A stretch of DNA of 64,000 nucleotides from Candidatus Saccharimonadota bacterium (GTDB taxonomy: Bacteria; Patescibacteriota; Saccharimonadia; Saccharimonadales; JACDBH01): the NCBI GenBank assembly GCA_028289135.1, contig JAQGGW010000007.1:2300-66299 (forward strand), read 5' to 3'. This document shows positions 61,966-64,000 of the stretch, in pieces. The notes under the pieces were generated by a model. The model was given only the letters and a program-made list of their open reading frames with translations. It made no database searches and had not been told where the DNA came from. Made by a program: the position numbers and the translations under genes. Within the stretch, counting starts at the first letter, position 1; each line of letters opens with the position of its first letter.

Positions 61966-63012
61966 TTATTCCTCGACGATGTAGTTGATGGCATAACCCC
62001 CAGGAGGCAGGGCGCTGGCAACATAGACGCTAAAACCGGCAACGCTTGGGTTGACGATGTAGAAAACGGCGCCAGTGCCAATGCCTGTTAAAACAATACG
62101 GGGAACGGTGGCGTATTGGGTACGGAAGGCGACGGTGCCTATGTGTCCGGGGTTTGCCCCAACGCCAATGGCGATTGAGATTGTGCCGGCAGAATCGTTG
62201 CCGTTCATGGCCGCTGTGCCGTTTGAACCAAGAGCATTGCCGGCCCCAAAATTTGGAATTTGGCCGCTGGTTATAATATGTCCGCCGATGGTTAATGTGC
62301 CGGTGGATGTGAGGTTGCGGGCAACAAAACCAGCGGTTGAGATTGTGCCGCCAACAGCAAGGTTACCCAGCAGGTTTAGGTTGTTATTAACGGTTAAAAG
62401 TTGCTGTATGGTGACTGCACCTTGGAGCGTGGTTGAACCTGCAACCGTAAGATTACCGCGCATAGTTAGAGCGCTAAGAGTTGTGGCACCACTTACGTTT
62501 AACTCGGTTAAGGAAGTTTTGCCTGCCTCAAGTTGGGCAAGGGCGGCGTCATTGGCGTTAAATTTGCTGTTTAGCTTTAGTTGACCGCCAACTGTGACAT
62601 CGCCGGCGGTTTTTAGTTTGCCGTTAAACTGGGCGTCGGGGTCGACAGTTAGCTGGACGCCCGAGTTGCCGATGGCTGTTTTATTAACGCCGACTTTGCT
62701 GAGCGCATCAGCGTTGATTGTCACCTGGCCGGTATTTGCGTTGTCGGGTTTTTTGCCCTTGAGCACAAAGCCCAGCACGACGCCGTTGATGGCAAGAATA
62801 ACCACCACCACGGCGATGGCTATGAAGGTTGCTTTGTGGCTCGGGCGGTAGGAACGGCGGCGTTGTTTTTTACCCGCTTCAGAGGAGGCGGAAAGTTTAG
62901 TCGGTGCGGTAGCGGCCGTTGTGGTGGCAGCGGCATCAACGACCCGGGGCTTTAGTACTTCGGCAGCCGGCGCGCCGTCTGTGGGCGCATCTGGCGATGG
63001 GGGTGTGTCCAT
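61966..63012 (-). CDS. Membrane-anchored fibre-like protein with short beta repeats
   Basis: TM, repeated L.V.G.TTL / L.V.G motifs, C-terminal GNDSAGTI..F...Y...P.V..T head-like domain. Confidence 0.75.
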   Translation of the reverse strand: MDTPPSPDAPTDGAPAAEVLKPRVVDAAATTTAATAPTKLSASSEAGKKQRRRSYRPSHKATFIAIAVVVVILAINGVVLGFVLKGKKPDNANTGQVTINADALSKVGVNKTAIGNSGVQLTVDPDAQFNGKLKTAGDVTVGGQLKLNSKFNANDAALAQLEAGKTSLTELNVSGATTLSALTMRGNLTVAGSTTLQGAVTIQQLLTVNNNLNLLGNLAVGGTISTAGFVARNLTSTGTLTIGGHIITSGQIPNFGAGNALGSNGTAAMNGNDSAGTISIAIGVGANPGHIGTVAFRTQYATVPRIVLTGIGTGAVFYIVNPSVAGFSVYVASALPPGGYAINYIVEE

Positions 63013-63116
63013 CTTAACGTTATTCCTCTTCTTTCCGTCTTATTATAGCGCTCGTGGTTAATTTCATGAAATTGATACCCCCCACTTATTAATGACAAGA
63101 GAAGCAAACTTCTATG

Positions 63117-63301
63117 GCCAAACCTCCTGCCAGAACTGCCGACTCAGAAAAGAACATGATTGAAAATATCTGTATACCATTCGGCTCCTGCGGGACTCCC
63201 TATGGTCGGCCCTAAAGGGCTAGTCCTCGGAGCTCGTAATGGCATACAGACATTTTCATCAGTTTTTTCTGGTAGCCGCCATTTCCGGTAGTAGGTTTGG
63301 C
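63117..63301. repeat. Very long imperfect hairpin (~185 nt)
   Basis: gccaaacct/aggtttggc, cagaaaa/ttttctg, tgaaaat/attttca, tctgtat/atacaga, ccatt/aatgg, gctcc/ggagc. Confidence 0.7.
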
Positions 63302-63327
63302 TCCGGCCGCTTCACAAAGCTTTCATA

Positions 63328-63424
63328 TACATGGTGAGTGTGGCGGGAAGTTTCGGCACATTGATTTAATAGCGTAAAACTGTCTCTGAGCGGTCTAAAT
63401 CAATGTGCCGAAACTTCCAAGGAG
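63328..63424 (+). repeat. Palindromic element B, copy 2
   Basis: Perfect 23-bp inverted repeat 63346-63368 / 63396-63418. Confidence 0.85.
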
Positions 63425-63501
63425 TGAGGCTTTCGGGTGCTAATGCTGATTTTAGTTCGGCATAAGTTGCAAAAAGCTCGCGTTTAAAGAACAATTAACC
63501 T

Positions 63502-64000
63502 ATGCGGAAGTTTTTGATGGGAGTTTATGTGCTGGGGGCGGGGCTGGTGAGCCTTGTTGTGACTATGGGGGTAGTGAGCGCTTTGGCTTCGACCAATTAT
63601 CGTATAAGCGAACCTTCGGTTGGGGGGATTGGTACGGCCAAGACATCGTCGCCAGGCTACCAGGCCCTTACATCTGGTGGGATTATTGGTTTTGGTAACA
63701 GTACGGGTACTTTGACACAGATTAATGCCGGGCACGAAACAACAGATGAGCCAGCTTTATCTTTTGCGGTAGCATCATCAAGCGTTAACTTCGGCAGTTT
63801 TTCTGCTACTACTACAGCTACCACAACCTCTACCTTTGCCGTACTGGACTACACCAGCTATGGCTATGTGGTGCAGGTGCTGGGTAATGCGCCGAGTAAT
63901 GGTGTGCATACAATTGACTCTATGGCTTCAACCGGGCCTTCGACCGTGGGCGTGGAGCAATTTGGGATAAACCTGGTGGCTAACACTTCGCCGTCATCAT
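63502..64000 (+). CDS. Secreted cell-surface protein, 5' part (runs off the window; not in ORF track)
   Basis: Open frame MRKFLMGVYVLGAGLVSLVVTMGVVSA-LASTNYRI...EPALSF...GY.V...EQFGINLVAN. Confidence 0.8.
   Translation, partial: MRKFLMGVYVLGAGLVSLVVTMGVVSALASTNYRISEPSVGGIGTAKTSSPGYQALTSGGIIGFGNSTGTLTQINAGHETTDEPALSFAVASSSVNFGSFSATTTATTTSTFAVLDYTSYGYVVQVLGNAPSNGVHTIDSMASTGPSTVGVEQFGINLVANTSPSS

Overview
This window looks like a chromosome segment of a Patescibacteria/CPR bacterium, most like Saccharibacteria. This is inferred from a pilM-N-O-B-T-C-A-D type IV pilus locus without pilQ, many short orphan membrane or surface genes, and promoters sitting only 6-8 nt upstream of start codons. In order, it contains: the end of a MacB/LolD-type ABC transporter; surface proteins; two tandem 'small membrane protein + giant adhesin-like protein' cassettes directly upstream of a complete type IV pilus operon; a XerC/D-family recombinase; ndk; four tRNAs (Arg-CCT, Asp-GTC, Thr-CGT, Gly-CCC); a PrsA-like foldase; a GT2 glycosyltransferase; nrdR; tgt; a membrane-anchored trypsin-like protease; and an ATP-synthase-like operon. 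Top candidate for a new system: the F1-like operon (55420-61820) has b-, delta-, alpha-, gamma-, beta- and truncated epsilon-like genes but no subunit a. Where subunit c is expected there is a secreted extracellular domain fused to a c-like helical hairpin (GRNP loop) lacking the ion-binding carboxylate. This suggests an ATP-driven, non-ion-pumping rotary surface motor. Second candidate: a Met-rich leader peptide with alternative terminator/antiterminator stems upstream of a SAM-hydrolase-like gene. Also present are several families of covarying intergenic hairpin repeats, tRNA-3'-end repeats, a promoter-and-terminator-bounded candidate ncRNA, and a micro-pilin. All calls come from reading motifs by eye; no database searches were run.
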